Counted from the first letter of the stretch, positions 1 to 10,371 are shown. The stretch is 64,000 bases of DNA from an uncultured Verrucomicrobiota bacterium (GCA_902495005.1 CABUVL010000001.1:311017-375016); one strand, 5' to 3'. Notes: generated by a model not told the origin, from the sequence alone. Program-made: numbers and translations.

Positions 1-70
1 GGAAGGGGACTTGTTGACGCCATGTAAGTGCAGCAACGGAAATAAAAATACAAAAATGCTGAAAAATTTT

Positions 71-559
71 TTATTCATTGGTGCTTTCGTAGAAACTTAC
101 ATGCGCATTTTTCTTTATAATTATTTTGGCCCGTACATCGTTGTAATGTTTGCCTTCCCAGGTCCAATTTTCGCCAATAACGGTGTACCCCGGATTGGTA
201 ATTGTCAATAGGTCACGTCCGTGGGCTTTGTGTTCGGTGAGGGAAACAACTGCTTTTGGACTTCGTATGTCCATGTCAACAACGGTTTCGTCCTCAATAG
301 AAAAATACTCGATGTGCATTTTTTCTATTTTTATTTTTGTTTCTGACAAATAACGAACTTGATCGCCCAAGCATTGCCAAATTTTTTGTCCTTGCGGGTT
401 AAACATTGGCAAACGAAACCCTTGAATAGGCGTGTTGGCCTGTAGGCGAAATAATTCGCCTGAAACAATTTGAGCCGTATTCAATAAAATACATATACCC
501 AATTTATTCCAGGCTTGCAATCCCATTGTTGATATAACTCGCCTGAGGGAAAGAAACAT
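71..559 (-). CDS. hypothetical exported protein (possibly LptC/OstA-like beta-rich fold; function not established)
   Basis: 162-aa ORF starting 12 nt downstream of the pnp stop on the same strand. Hydrophobic N-terminal anchor (LGICILLNTAQIV) followed by beta-strand-like sequence. No diagnostic motif recognised. Confidence 0.5.
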   Translation of the reverse strand: MFLSLRRVISTMGLQAWNKLGICILLNTAQIVSGELFRLQANTPIQGFRLPMFNPQGQKIWQCLGDQVRYLSETKIKIEKMHIEYFSIEDETVVDMDIRSPKAVVSLTEHKAHGRDLLTITNPGYTVIGENWTWEGKHYNDVRAKIIIKKNAHVSFYESTNE

Positions 560-571
560 TACGCCTAATGT

Positions 572-2692
572 TTAATTAAGTGCTGCCTTTCGGCTTAAGC
601 GAACTTTACCACGTTCATCAATTCCAAGACAAACCACGATCATTTCGTCGCCTACGCTGCATACATCACTCGGGTGTTTTACCTTGCAGTCGGAAAGTTC
701 TGAAACGTGAACGAGGCCCTCTTTGCCCGGTAAGCATTCGACAAAGACACCAAAGTCCTTGATGGTTCGAACGATGCCTTTGTAGGTCTTGCCTTTTTCA
801 ATCTCTTGATCCAGAGAACGAATTTCGTCAACAACCTGCTTTAGCATTTTTTCGTCGCGTGCGTAAATGTTAACTTTGCCGGAATTGTCTTCGCAAATGT
901 CAATTTGACAACCTGTGGCCTCGGTTAAACGCTTAATATTTTTTCCTCCAGGACCAATCAGTGCGCCGATTTTTTCGGGATTGATTTGAATGGTTTGGAA
1001 ATGAGGCGCGTAAGCGCTGATGTTTTCACGCGGCTTATTAATGGTATCCTTGATCATCTTAAGAATACGCAGACGAGCCCTTCGATTTTGGTGAATGGCT
1101 TCGGCCATGATATTGAGTGGCAAGCCTGCAATCTTTAAATCTAATTGAAATCCCGTGATACCGCTTTCTGTACCGCAAATTTTAAAGTCCATGTCGCCGA
1201 AATGGTCTTCATCGGCCACAATATCGGTGATTAAACGATAACGTTCGATGGTATTGCCATTGCGTTCTGTGATGAGTCCGACCGAAATGCCGGCAACTGG
1301 AGCTATGATGGGGACACCTGCGTCCATTAACGCGAGCGTACCGCCGCAGACAGAGGCCATAGAGGTAGATCCGTTGGATCCCATGATGTCAGAAACCAAT
1401 CGAATAGAATAAGGGAATTCGGTTTCCGAAGGGATAATGGGCAACAAGGACCGTTCAGCCAAGGCACCGTGTCCGATTTCTCTGCGACTTATGAACCCAA
1501 AACGACCCACTTCACCTACGGAATAGGGTGGGAAGTTGTAATGGAGAATGAAAGATTTTGATTGAACGCCACCGGTGAGCCCATCTAAATCTTGGGCATC
1601 ACGATTTGAACCTAATGTGGCACTGACCAAAGCTTGGGTGTCTCCGCGTTGAAATAGGGCGGAACCGTGGACCACTTTAGGTAATACGTCTACGGCGCAG
1701 GAAATGGGCCTTATGTCTTCAACTTGACGGCCGTCGAGGCGAAGCGACTTGTCGAGGATAGCACTGCGGCATAAATCCTCCTGTACGGACTCAAATGCAA
1801 CGGCGATCTTATCCTTTGCCGTATCTTCGTTGTCAAATAGACCCTTGTCGAGGGCCTTTTGGACCAACTCTTTCTTTAATTCCTTTATCCCCGCTTGAGC
1901 CACTTGTTTAGGCGTGTTGTACCAGGCGGATTGTAATCGATCGCCCAATTCATCTTTGCAGAATTTGACGAGGTCTTCGGACGCCAAATAAGAGGTATAG
2001 TCTAATTTGTGTGGATTGACCTGACGTGCGAGTTCTTCTTGCGCGGCCAAGATAGGTTGGATTGCCTTTTGTGCAAAGTGAAGGGCCTCAATAAAGCGAT
2101 CTTCTGGCAATTGGTCTGCACATCCTTCAATCATCAAGGCGTCATTTTTATTGCCGACGTAAATGAGGTCTAAATCCGATTCGAATTGTTGATCGTTGCT
2201 CGGATTGATAATGAATTGATCATTGATTTGTCCAATGCGAACGCAGGCAATGGGGCCCATCCAAGGGATGTTGGAGCACATTAAGGCGGCCGAAGCGCCA
2301 TTGACCATCAGGACGTCTGGCTCGTTTTTGAGATCGGCGGACAGGAGCAAGCCTATAATTTGCACCTCATTTAAAAATCCTCTGGGGAATAGAGGGCGTA
2401 AGGGGCGATCGCACAGACGAGACGTTAAAATTTCTTTTTCCGTTGGCTTGCCTTCACGCTTTACATAACCTCCGGGGAAGCGTCCTGCGGCTGAAAACTT
2501 TTCACGATAATCAACGGTAAGTGGGAAGAAATCTTGATTTTCTCCGACTTCGGGAGCCATGGTTGCCGTAACCAAGACCATCGTTTGTCCCGATTGAACA
2601 ACGACAGCGCCGTTGGCCAATTTTGCAATGGCACCTGTAGAAAAACTTAAATCAAGGCCTTCAGCCTTGACGGAATATTTTTGTGATAACAT
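572..2692 (-). CDS. pnp: polyribonucleotide nucleotidyltransferase (PNPase)
   Basis: 706 aa with two RNase PH-like halves, then KH (GPGGKNIKRL) and S1 (GIVRTIKDFGVFVE) domains. Sits in the classical rpsO-pnp arrangement. Confidence 0.97.
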   Translation of the reverse strand: MLSQKYSVKAEGLDLSFSTGAIAKLANGAVVVQSGQTMVLVTATMAPEVGENQDFFPLTVDYREKFSAAGRFPGGYVKREGKPTEKEILTSRLCDRPLRPLFPRGFLNEVQIIGLLLSADLKNEPDVLMVNGASAALMCSNIPWMGPIACVRIGQINDQFIINPSNDQQFESDLDLIYVGNKNDALMIEGCADQLPEDRFIEALHFAQKAIQPILAAQEELARQVNPHKLDYTSYLASEDLVKFCKDELGDRLQSAWYNTPKQVAQAGIKELKKELVQKALDKGLFDNEDTAKDKIAVAFESVQEDLCRSAILDKSLRLDGRQVEDIRPISCAVDVLPKVVHGSALFQRGDTQALVSATLGSNRDAQDLDGLTGGVQSKSFILHYNFPPYSVGEVGRFGFISRREIGHGALAERSLLPIIPSETEFPYSIRLVSDIMGSNGSTSMASVCGGTLALMDAGVPIIAPVAGISVGLITERNGNTIERYRLITDIVADEDHFGDMDFKICGTESGITGFQLDLKIAGLPLNIMAEAIHQNRRARLRILKMIKDTINKPRENISAYAPHFQTIQINPEKIGALIGPGGKNIKRLTEATGCQIDICEDNSGKVNIYARDEKMLKQVVDEIRSLDQEIEKGKTYKGIVRTIKDFGVFVECLPGKEGLVHVSELSDCKVKHPSDVCSVGDEMIVVCLGIDERGKVRLSRKAALN

Positions 2693-2717
2693 ATAAATTG
2701 CTTAAGGATATAATTTA

Positions 2718-2987
2718 TTAGTGCCTTAGTTGTAAACGAGTTACCACGTCTTGATACTTTTCAAAATTATTAGACTTTAAATATTCTAACAGTTTTCTTC
2801 TACGGTTAGCCAAAGCAATTAAGCCTCTACGAGAGTGTAAATCTTTGGGATGTTGTTTTAAATGGGCTGTTAAGTCTGTAATACGTTGCGTTAATAGAGC
2901 AATTTGTACTTCCGAAGAGCCTGTATCACTTTCGTGCTTTTGGAAGGATTTCAAAATGGATTGCTTAATTTCTAATGTAATAGCCAT
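2718..2987 (-). CDS. rpsO: 30S ribosomal protein S15
   Basis: 89 aa. Contains GSSEVQIALLTQRI..LTAHLKQHPKDLHSRRGL, typical of S15. Lies immediately upstream of pnp. Confidence 0.96.
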   Translation of the reverse strand: MAITLEIKQSILKSFQKHESDTGSSEVQIALLTQRITDLTAHLKQHPKDLHSRRGLIALANRRRKLLEYLKSNNFEKYQDVVTRLQLRH

Positions 2988-3162
2988 ATGATTTATTCTT
3001 TCTTTAATTCACCCTTTAAATGAAACTTTTTGCGAGTTTGTTTCAAGCAAATAAAACAGATTTTTATCATATGCGTTTATTTGCGGTAAAAGTATGGGCG
3101 TTTGAAACTTATGCGATTTTCATGTTGAAACATTCGCATTCTTGCTTCACATTGACTTTACG

Positions 3163-4359
3163 ATGAAGCTTATGACGGGAAATTTATTGGTAATGCAATC
3201 AGGAATTGCAAGTGTTGTCGGTAATGCAACTTTGTACGGAATACTTTCTGAAGCTTTAAATTATGAATCCATTGAAGAAATTTATGGATGTTACAATGGC
3301 TTTGAAGGACTGCAACAAGGTAATTTTTTAGATTTAGCAGCCTTGCCTCAAAAGTCGGCTCGTATGTTGTTGCACACGGCTGGATTCGCCTTGCGCAGTG
3401 AAGGGGCCGCTTTTGACTCAACGCATTGTGATTATGCGCGTATGCTCCAAAATTTACAGGAGAAGGGAGTCCATTTGATGTGTTGCATCTGTGACTCGAG
3501 CACATTGCCGCTTGTCAATCTCTTCCTCGAGGCTGCACGCAAGGCAAATTACGATTTGCAGGTGATCGCGATCCCTCAATCGAATACCAATGAATTGCCT
3601 TTGTCTGACCACAGCTTGGGTTACGGCAGTTACCTGAAATGTTTGAATGCGCATATACTCGAATTTAATCAATGGCTGAGGAATTCTGGCGAGAAGGTGG
3701 GTATTTATGAAGTCTCCGGTGGTAGCAATGGCTGGCTTGCCGCAGGGGTCGCTTTGGGAAGTGCAGCTGCCAACAAATCTGGCTCTATGGAGAAAAACCC
3801 ATTTTTGGTCTGTTTGCCGGAACAACCGTTGAACGAATCTTTGTTGACAGAGCTGATCCAGGAAAAGATTAACGCGTGTGGGTACGCTTGCGTTGTTACG
3901 AACCATCAATTGGTTAATGATGAGGGCGAATTCTTGGATTTGTGTGCGTACAATTACAGTATGGCCCAATACTTAGATGCGTGCATTCAAGATAAATTGG
4001 GATTTTCTTCTCGTATCAATTTTTGCCCACTTCACCTGCAGGCGCTTTCTCATTTTATATCCAAGCAAGATCAAACAGAGGCCATTGAAAGTGGACGCAC
4101 GGCCGTTCGACAATTGATGGATGGCGATGGCGATGCCAAGGCTTTGGTCTTAGTCCGCAAGGATTCTGACCATTATGATTTTGGTGTGGATCTTGTTGAT
4201 TGGAGCGAGTTGTTAACCGGTTTGAAATTCTTCCCAACCGATTGGACTTCCGACGCAATGTGTATCAATTACCCATTCGTAAAGTACGCCTTGCCATTGA
4301 TTCAGGGCGAAGTTGACGTTTGCTACGAAAAAGGCTTGCCTCAACTTGTCCAATTGTAG
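3163..4359 (+). CDS. phosphofructokinase-family protein with degenerate catalytic motifs (probable non-catalytic paralogue)
   Basis: The scaffold follows the PPi/ATP-PFK layout: LLVMQSG..., AIPQSNTNELPLSDHSLGYGS and EVSGGSNGWLAAG correspond to SGGPT, PKTIDNDL..TDH..GFGS and EVMGR..GWLA. The first in-frame ATG is 3163. The ORF extends to a TTG at 3142. Confidence 0.7.
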   Translation: MKLMTGNLLVMQSGIASVVGNATLYGILSEALNYESIEEIYGCYNGFEGLQQGNFLDLAALPQKSARMLLHTAGFALRSEGAAFDSTHCDYARMLQNLQEKGVHLMCCICDSSTLPLVNLFLEAARKANYDLQVIAIPQSNTNELPLSDHSLGYGSYLKCLNAHILEFNQWLRNSGEKVGIYEVSGGSNGWLAAGVALGSAAANKSGSMEKNPFLVCLPEQPLNESLLTELIQEKINACGYACVVTNHQLVNDEGEFLDLCAYNYSMAQYLDACIQDKLGFSSRINFCPLHLQALSHFISKQDQTEAIESGRTAVRQLMDGDGDAKALVLVRKDSDHYDFGVDLVDWSELLTGLKFFPTDWTSDAMCINYPFVKYALPLIQGEVDVCYEKGLPQLVQL

Positions 4360-4396
4360 GGCCTGTGGCGTTTTAGATTGAGCAGAGAGGTAGATA

Positions 4397-5320
4397 ATGC
4401 AGCTTGTGCTATTATTCCCCGGACAGGGGGCTCAAAAAGTGGGAATGGGGCGGCGCTTGTATGAAAACAGTGCGTGCGTGCGCTCCTATTTTGATTTGGC
4501 GGATCGTTTATTGCCGTTTCGTTTAACCGAGTTGTGCTTTAATGGGCCTGAGGAAGGTTTGAAAGAAACCAAGGTTTGTCAACCCGCCTTGTACGTAATG
4601 GGCTACAGCATTTTTGCCTGCTTGAAGGAGGCGCAATTTTTTTCTCGCAATGAATTGGCTTGCACGTGTGGATTGAGCTTGGGAGAGCTGACTGCCTTGG
4701 CGATCGCGGGTGTTTTTGACTTTGAAACGGGTTTGGCCTTGGTGGCAGAACGAGGTAGACTTATGCAAGAAGCGTGCGAGTCTGCTCCCACTGGCATGTT
4801 GAGTCTGATTGGTGGCAATTTGTCATTGGTTGAGGAATTGTGCCAAAATTTTGATTTGGATGTTTCGAATTTAAATTGCCCGGGTCAGATCGTGGTCTCA
4901 GGACCGTTGGCCGCCTTAAGTGAAGCAAAAGTAAAGGCGAAGGCAATGGGATTTAAGTTGGCAATTCCTCTGGAGGTTGCAGGTGCCTATCATTCGAGGT
5001 GGATGAAGGGGGCGAGTGAGAAATTTGAAAAATTTATAGGTCAATTTAAGTTTAATGCGCCGCAGTGCACGGTGTTAACCAACGTTTCGGGTCAGGCCGT
5101 TTGCCAGCCAGATGAGATTAAGCAGATGCTGGTGCGACAAATTACATCCAGGGTCAGATGGGAAGACTGCATGCGTTACTTGTTGACGAAAAACCTTGTG
5201 CATTGTTTCGAATGTGGACCTGGCAATGTTTTGGCCGGCTTGGCACGTCGGATTGATCCGGCCTTGCAAGTCAATTCTGTCGGTGATTGGGAGCAAGTTG
5301 AAGCCTTGCTGGGGGCGTAA
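4397..5320 (+). CDS. fabD: malonyl CoA-acyl carrier protein transacylase
   Basis: LFPGQGAQKVGMG N-terminus and a GLSLGE nucleophile elbow. Length (307 aa) is typical. Confidence 0.92.
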   Translation: MQLVLLFPGQGAQKVGMGRRLYENSACVRSYFDLADRLLPFRLTELCFNGPEEGLKETKVCQPALYVMGYSIFACLKEAQFFSRNELACTCGLSLGELTALAIAGVFDFETGLALVAERGRLMQEACESAPTGMLSLIGGNLSLVEELCQNFDLDVSNLNCPGQIVVSGPLAALSEAKVKAKAMGFKLAIPLEVAGAYHSRWMKGASEKFEKFIGQFKFNAPQCTVLTNVSGQAVCQPDEIKQMLVRQITSRVRWEDCMRYLLTKNLVHCFECGPGNVLAGLARRIDPALQVNSVGDWEQVEALLGA

Positions 5321-5325
5321 AAAGA

Positions 5326-7122
5326 ATGGAATCAGTTCGTAATTTTTGCATTATTGCACACGTAGATCACGGAAAGACGACTTTGTCAGATCGCCTTTTG
5401 GAGCAAACACAAACGGTCGAAAAGCGCAAGATGCAGGAACAATTACTGGACTCCATGGATCTTGAAAGGGAAAAGGGCATTACGATTAAGTGCCACCCTG
5501 TGACCATGCATTACCGTTCCGGTGGTAAGCAGTACAAGTTTAATCTTATTGATACGCCCGGGCACGTTGATTTTTCTTACGAAGTCTCACGTAGTTTGGC
5601 GGCTTGTGAAGGAGCCGTGTTGTTGGTCGATGCTTCTCAGGGCGTTGAGGCGCAAACGCTGGCGAACGCACAGTTGGCTTTACAGCATAAGCTGACGTTA
5701 ATTCCGGTTCTCAATAAGGTCGATTTGCCGAGTGCCGATGTGGAACGCGTGAAAAAGCAGTTGGAAGATATTCTGGCAATACCGGCCGACGAAGCGTTGT
5801 TGGTAAGTGGAAAAACGGGCGTGGGCGTTCCAGCCCTTTTGGATCGCATTGCGGCAGTAATCCCGATGCCGAAGGGAAGTGCCAATGCGCCCTTGCAGGC
5901 CTTGGTGTTCGATGCGACTTACGATGCGTACAAGGGCCTTATTTGTTACATTCGCGTGTTTAATGGCAGCTTGAAAGCGGGTGAAAGCATCTTGATGATG
6001 CGCAATGGAACGGAGACACAAGTTAAAGAAGTGGGTATCTTTACACCTGAGATGCACCCGGAAGGTGAACTACAGGCGGGTGATGTGGGTTATGTAATTA
6101 CCAATTTAAAAACACTGACGGAAATTAAAATAGGGGATACGTTAACGCTTGTACAAAAACCGGCTTCGGATCCTTTACCGGGCTATGTTGAGATTAAGCC
6201 CATGGTGTTTAGCGGCTTGTATCCTTTGGATACAAAGGACTTTGAACGCCTGAAATCCGGCTTGAGCCGCTTGCAGCTGAATGATGCTTCTCTGACGTTT
6301 TTACCTGAAAGTTCGACGGCTTTGGGCTTTGGCTTCCGTTGTGGATTTTTGGGCTTGCTGCACATGGAGGTGATACAAGAACGTCTGAGGAGGGAGTACG
6401 ACCTTGACCTCATTACAACGTATCCGAGTGTCGTGTACCACGTCCATTTGACAGACGGTGATGTTATCAACGTGGACAATCCCCTGCGCTTGCCGGAGCC
6501 CTCGAGAATTCAGTTCATCGAGGAGCCTACCATTAAGGCGTTTTTGCACATTCCCAACGAAAATATTGGTGATATTTTGGCACTTGTCGTTGAGAAGCGA
6601 GGTGAATGTTTGTCTACAGAAACTTTGGATACACAACGGGTTTTGCTCACATGTTCACTGCCATTGAATGAAATTTTGTTGGATTTTAACGATCGTTTGA
6701 AGAGTATTACACGCGGTTACGGGTCGATGGATTACGATTTCAATACTTACGTGCGTTCTGATTTAGTTAAGATGGACATCCTCGTCAATGGGGAGCCAGT
6801 TGATGCATTTTCGAGTATTGTGCACCGTGAGAAGGCCGAACAGCATGGACGCGCCTTGTGTGAACGCTTGAAGGATTTATTGCCTAAGCAATTGTTTAAG
6901 GTTCCCATTCAAGCAGCCGTTTGGGGAAAAGTTGTGGCTCGAGAAACCTTAAGTGCCTATCGTAAGGATGTTACGGCCAAGTGTTACGGCGGTGACATTA
7001 CGCGTAAGCGGAAATTATTGGAAAAGCAAAAAGAGGGGAAAAAGCGCATGAAGCAAATTGGAAAAGTTTCGATTCCCCAAGACGCCTTTGTAAAAATTTT
7101 GAAGACAGATTCGACACATTGA
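5326..7122 (+). CDS. lepA: elongation factor 4 (LepA)
   Basis: NFCIIAHVDHGKTTLSDRLL G1 motif, DTPGHVDF and NKVDL. 598 aa with a LepA-type C-terminus (GKKRMKQIGKV.IPQDAF). Confidence 0.97.
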   Translation: MESVRNFCIIAHVDHGKTTLSDRLLEQTQTVEKRKMQEQLLDSMDLEREKGITIKCHPVTMHYRSGGKQYKFNLIDTPGHVDFSYEVSRSLAACEGAVLLVDASQGVEAQTLANAQLALQHKLTLIPVLNKVDLPSADVERVKKQLEDILAIPADEALLVSGKTGVGVPALLDRIAAVIPMPKGSANAPLQALVFDATYDAYKGLICYIRVFNGSLKAGESILMMRNGTETQVKEVGIFTPEMHPEGELQAGDVGYVITNLKTLTEIKIGDTLTLVQKPASDPLPGYVEIKPMVFSGLYPLDTKDFERLKSGLSRLQLNDASLTFLPESSTALGFGFRCGFLGLLHMEVIQERLRREYDLDLITTYPSVVYHVHLTDGDVINVDNPLRLPEPSRIQFIEEPTIKAFLHIPNENIGDILALVVEKRGECLSTETLDTQRVLLTCSLPLNEILLDFNDRLKSITRGYGSMDYDFNTYVRSDLVKMDILVNGEPVDAFSSIVHREKAEQHGRALCERLKDLLPKQLFKVPIQAAVWGKVVARETLSAYRKDVTAKCYGGDITRKRKLLEKQKEGKKRMKQIGKVSIPQDAFVKILKTDSTH

Positions 7123-7126
7123 GTTT

Positions 7127-8020
7127 ATGCGAGATTGGACGCTTGTTATATTGGCCGCGGGGCTTGGAAGTCGTTTTGGTGGCTTAAAGCAGTTGTATCA
7201 TTTTGGGCCTCAAGCGGCGACCTTGGCGGAGTTTGCCATGTTTGATGCGTTGCGCAATCATTGCAAGTACATCATTGCGGTTGTGAATCGGCAGACAAAG
7301 GTAGAATTTGAACAAATTTTTCAACGTTGGGGTCTGTCTGACAGGGCTGTGTGCGTTGAGCAATCGATAGACGACTTGCCCGAAGGCATGCAAACACTTG
7401 CGTTAAATCGTCGTAAGCCGTGGGGAACGGGACACGCTTTGTGGAGCATCCGCAATTTTATCAAGACGCCATTTGTGATCGTCAATGCGGATGATTTTTA
7501 CGGCTTCAATGCCTATCGGCTGGCATTGAATTATTTTGATGAAAGTCAGCGCGATTACGCTTTAATTAGTTACCCATTGGAAAAGACTTTATCGGCGCAC
7601 GGCTGTGTCTCTCGCGGTATATGTTCCGTCGACGATGCTTCGTCCCTTACACAACTGATTGAATGCAAGGGTATTTGTCGAAATAACTTGGGGCAAATGG
7701 TCGACGACAAGGGTGTCGTTTTCCCAAAAAATTGTCTGGCGTCCATGAACTTTTGGCTTTTGCAGACGAATATTTTTGAATGCTTGAATGGCATATGGGC
7801 AGATTTTTTGGCGTCTGCCGAAAACCTGGAAACGGCCGAATTTTATTTGCCCGTCGCTATTTTTGAGGCTACACGTCGCTTGGGCTTAAGGATAAAAAAC
7901 ATTCCCAATTCAGTTGATGACTGGTTGGGGGTAACATTCCTTGAAGATGTGGATCACGTCAATGCAAGTTTACGCGAGTTGACGCTTGCTCAACGTTACC
8001 CTGTTCGCTTTCATGTGTGA
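7127..8020 (+). CDS. sugar-phosphate nucleotidyltransferase family protein
   Basis: N-terminal LVILAAGLGSRFGG signature of NTP_transferase enzymes, plus KPWGTGHA and VNADDFYG motifs. Substrate unknown. Confidence 0.7.
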   Translation: MRDWTLVILAAGLGSRFGGLKQLYHFGPQAATLAEFAMFDALRNHCKYIIAVVNRQTKVEFEQIFQRWGLSDRAVCVEQSIDDLPEGMQTLALNRRKPWGTGHALWSIRNFIKTPFVIVNADDFYGFNAYRLALNYFDESQRDYALISYPLEKTLSAHGCVSRGICSVDDASSLTQLIECKGICRNNLGQMVDDKGVVFPKNCLASMNFWLLQTNIFECLNGIWADFLASAENLETAEFYLPVAIFEATRRLGLRIKNIPNSVDDWLGVTFLEDVDHVNASLRELTLAQRYPVRFHV

Positions 8021-8067
8021 TAAAGCGGTTCGGCGTGCAAGTGAGCTGAACTTGTTTTGGAAATTAA

Positions 8068-9123
8068 ATGGAAGAATTATTTCAAACGTTGCTCTTGGAT
8101 TGGTTTTATAAAAATGCACGGGTGTTACCCTGGAGGGTGAATCCGTCGTTGTACAAAACCGTCGTATCGGAATTTATGTTGCAACAGACGCAGGTGAAGA
8201 CCGTGCTCCCTTATTTTGAACGGTGGTTGCGTTTATTCCCAAGTTTTGAAGCATTGGCCGAGGCAGAAGAATCGACCGTGTTGGAAGCGTGGTCCGGTTT
8301 GGGGTATTATTCTCGGGCCAAAAACTTGCATGAGTTGGCCAAGCAGTTGACGGCAACGCCCGTACATTCTTACGCCGATCTTTTACGTCACAAGGGGATA
8401 GGACGGTACACCGCCGCCGCGATTGCCAGCATGTGTTTTAATGAAGCTGTGGCGGCGGTTGACGGCAATGTCATTCGCGTTTTGTGTCGCCTATTAAATG
8501 TGTCCGAGCCCTTCAAAACGAAGGAGGCGGCCGTTCAGACGATAACGCCTGTAGCCGATCGTTTTTTGTCCAAACGTTATCCGGGAAAATACAACGAAGC
8601 CATCATGGAATTAGGGGCGTTAATTTGCACAAAACAAAAGCCAAATTGTGAAGACTGCCCCGTGCGAACTTGTTGTCAAGCTTTCCAACATCACAGCGTA
8701 GCTCTGTGCCCTCGGTTTGTTCAAAACGAGAGAACGCGTTGTCTGGTTCAACGTTTTTGGCTGAGAGATGCGCACGCCCTGCTCCTTGAGCCTTCCAACG
8801 TGGGTAAAGCTTTTGGAAATTCCAAGCAAAGTTTAATGGAATTGCCCGTCCTGACGGAGGAAAGATTGTCCATCTTGGGAATTGGAGCGCAAATTTTTAC
8901 CGGTACGCGCAGCATTGGAACGAAGGATTTTACGGAACAAATTTATTTGCCGCGTTCGCAAGTTGAGCTGCCAAAACTTTTACAATTATCGGCTTTTAAG
9001 GAATGTCGGTGCATTGACGTATCCCGGTGGAATGCCTGTGCTTGTACGGGCCCCCACAAGCGTTGGATCGGTGAATTATTAAAACAAGAAACTTTATTTG
9101 ATGCCGCCTCGTTGTGCGAATAA
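8068..9123 (+). CDS. mutY: A/G-specific adenine DNA glycosylase
   Basis: LPWR..PYKTVVSEFMLQQTQV HhH-GPD N-terminus and a 4Fe-4S cysteine cluster (C-x6-C-x2-C-x5-C: CTKQKPNCEDCPVRTCC). The long C-terminal domain is consistent with MutY rather than Nth. Confidence 0.9.
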   Translation: MEELFQTLLLDWFYKNARVLPWRVNPSLYKTVVSEFMLQQTQVKTVLPYFERWLRLFPSFEALAEAEESTVLEAWSGLGYYSRAKNLHELAKQLTATPVHSYADLLRHKGIGRYTAAAIASMCFNEAVAAVDGNVIRVLCRLLNVSEPFKTKEAAVQTITPVADRFLSKRYPGKYNEAIMELGALICTKQKPNCEDCPVRTCCQAFQHHSVALCPRFVQNERTRCLVQRFWLRDAHALLLEPSNVGKAFGNSKQSLMELPVLTEERLSILGIGAQIFTGTRSIGTKDFTEQIYLPRSQVELPKLLQLSAFKECRCIDVSRWNACACTGPHKRWIGELLKQETLFDAASLCE

Positions 9124-10371
9124 AGAAATTTCTTTTTCAAAGGCCTCGCCTCGTTGTGCGTAATTTTTAAATTGATCCCAACTGGCAAATCCGGGACAAA
9201 AAATGAATTTTACGGGCTGATCACTTACGTGTATTTTTTCAAAAACATGGGCCAAATCCTGGACCAAGACGCACGTGGCGTGAATGTCCGGCGATGCTTT
9301 AAACAGCAAGTACAAGGGGGCGCCTGTGTCTCCTATAAAATAAATTTGGCGTACTTGCGGGTAATGTGCAAAGGTTTTGACGTATTCCGTGAGATCTTCG
9401 CCCTTTGATTGTCCCCCCAAGACCCAATGCACGTTCGTGGCATTTTTGCAGCTTTCGAGGGCCGCTTGTAAGGCGTGTAAATTAGTGGCTTTTGAGTCTT
9501 CCCAAAATTCCATTTCTCCGATGCGGGTAACGTAATGCAATCGGTGGGGCGCCTGCTGGAATTTTTGAAAACAGTCTTGTAATTCTGCGAATGGGATGTG
9601 ATTTAGCGTGCAAAAATTTTTTAGCGTATAAAAATTTTCTCGTTGTCCCGCTGAGTAACTTAAGGGGAATTGCTCCCATTGAGCCAATTCGGCTTTGCTT
9701 GGAACTGATACAAAGTGGATGTCGGGATGACTCAATGAGCACAACGGCCTTACACTGCTGCCGAGTAAAATTTGCCCATTGTTTTGCAGGCACCGCCGTA
9801 CTAAGTTCATTTTTGAATTGAAGTAGTGTGAAAAGCCCCTGTGATAGTTGAGGTGATCGGGGGCAATATTCGTCCAAATAACTTGCTTAATTGGCATGTG
9901 ACGAAGTCCCCAGGCTTGGAAAGAGCTAATTTCGCAGATCAATTGAGTGTCGTCGGACACGTGCCCAACCGTGCTCGAAAGCACACGACCGTTGTTGCCA
10001 ACGGCCAAGCTTTTTTGACCGATTTGATTGAATAACTGGGCCAAGCATTCTGTGACAGACGTTTTTCCGTTTGTGCCCGTGATGGCAATGATGGGATTTT
10101 TTAAAAAGAGGGAGGCGAACTCTAATTCGTTCAGGCAGGGGACCTGCGCCTTGTAAAATGTTTTTAACCAAGGATGGTACGGCGGGAATCCGGGACTGTA
10201 CACGCATGCTGAAAAATTGCTTACGTTGGTCGGCAATAAGGGTCCCTTTTGATCAAAAATTTCCCATTTGATCCCGAGCTCTGTCAAGAGATGTGCACAT
10301 GCATTACCGGAAACACCGTTGCCCAAGATAGCCACACATTCCAATTGCGATGTAAAATGCGGTAATCGCAT
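9094..10371 (-). CDS. murD: UDP-N-acetylmuramoylalanine--D-glutamate ligase
   Basis: N-terminal GNGVSG Rossmann-like motif and the ITGTNGKTS P-loop of Mur ligases. 425 aa. The 3' end overlaps the mutY 3' end by 30 nt (convergent). Confidence 0.88.
   Translation of the reverse strand: MRLPHFTSQLECVAILGNGVSGNACAHLLTELGIKWEIFDQKGPLLPTNVSNFSACVYSPGFPPYHPWLKTFYKAQVPCLNELEFASLFLKNPIIAITGTNGKTSVTECLAQLFNQIGQKSLAVGNNGRVLSSTVGHVSDDTQLICEISSFQAWGLRHMPIKQVIWTNIAPDHLNYHRGFSHYFNSKMNLVRRCLQNNGQILLGSSVRPLCSLSHPDIHFVSVPSKAELAQWEQFPLSYSAGQRENFYTLKNFCTLNHIPFAELQDCFQKFQQAPHRLHYVTRIGEMEFWEDSKATNLHALQAALESCKNATNVHWVLGGQSKGEDLTEYVKTFAHYPQVRQIYFIGDTGAPLYLLFKASPDIHATCVLVQDLAHVFEKIHVSDQPVKFIFCPGFASWDQFKNYAQRGEAFEKEISLFAQRGGIK

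Noticed and set aside
5241-5256. TGGCACGTCGGATTGA, a second TGGCAC hit that might be a sigma-54 promoter.
   Set aside because: It lies inside the 3' part of fabD, and the -12 position lacks the GC dinucleotide at canonical spacing. Other TGGCAC occurrences (around 6587, 16757, 24620 and 50581) fail for the same reasons.
9094-9123. 30-nt convergent overlap of the mutY and murD 3' ends (and an 11-nt overlap of the HAD and MscS genes at 32237..32247).
   Set aside because: Short convergent overlaps are common in compact genomes. There is no evidence of special function.
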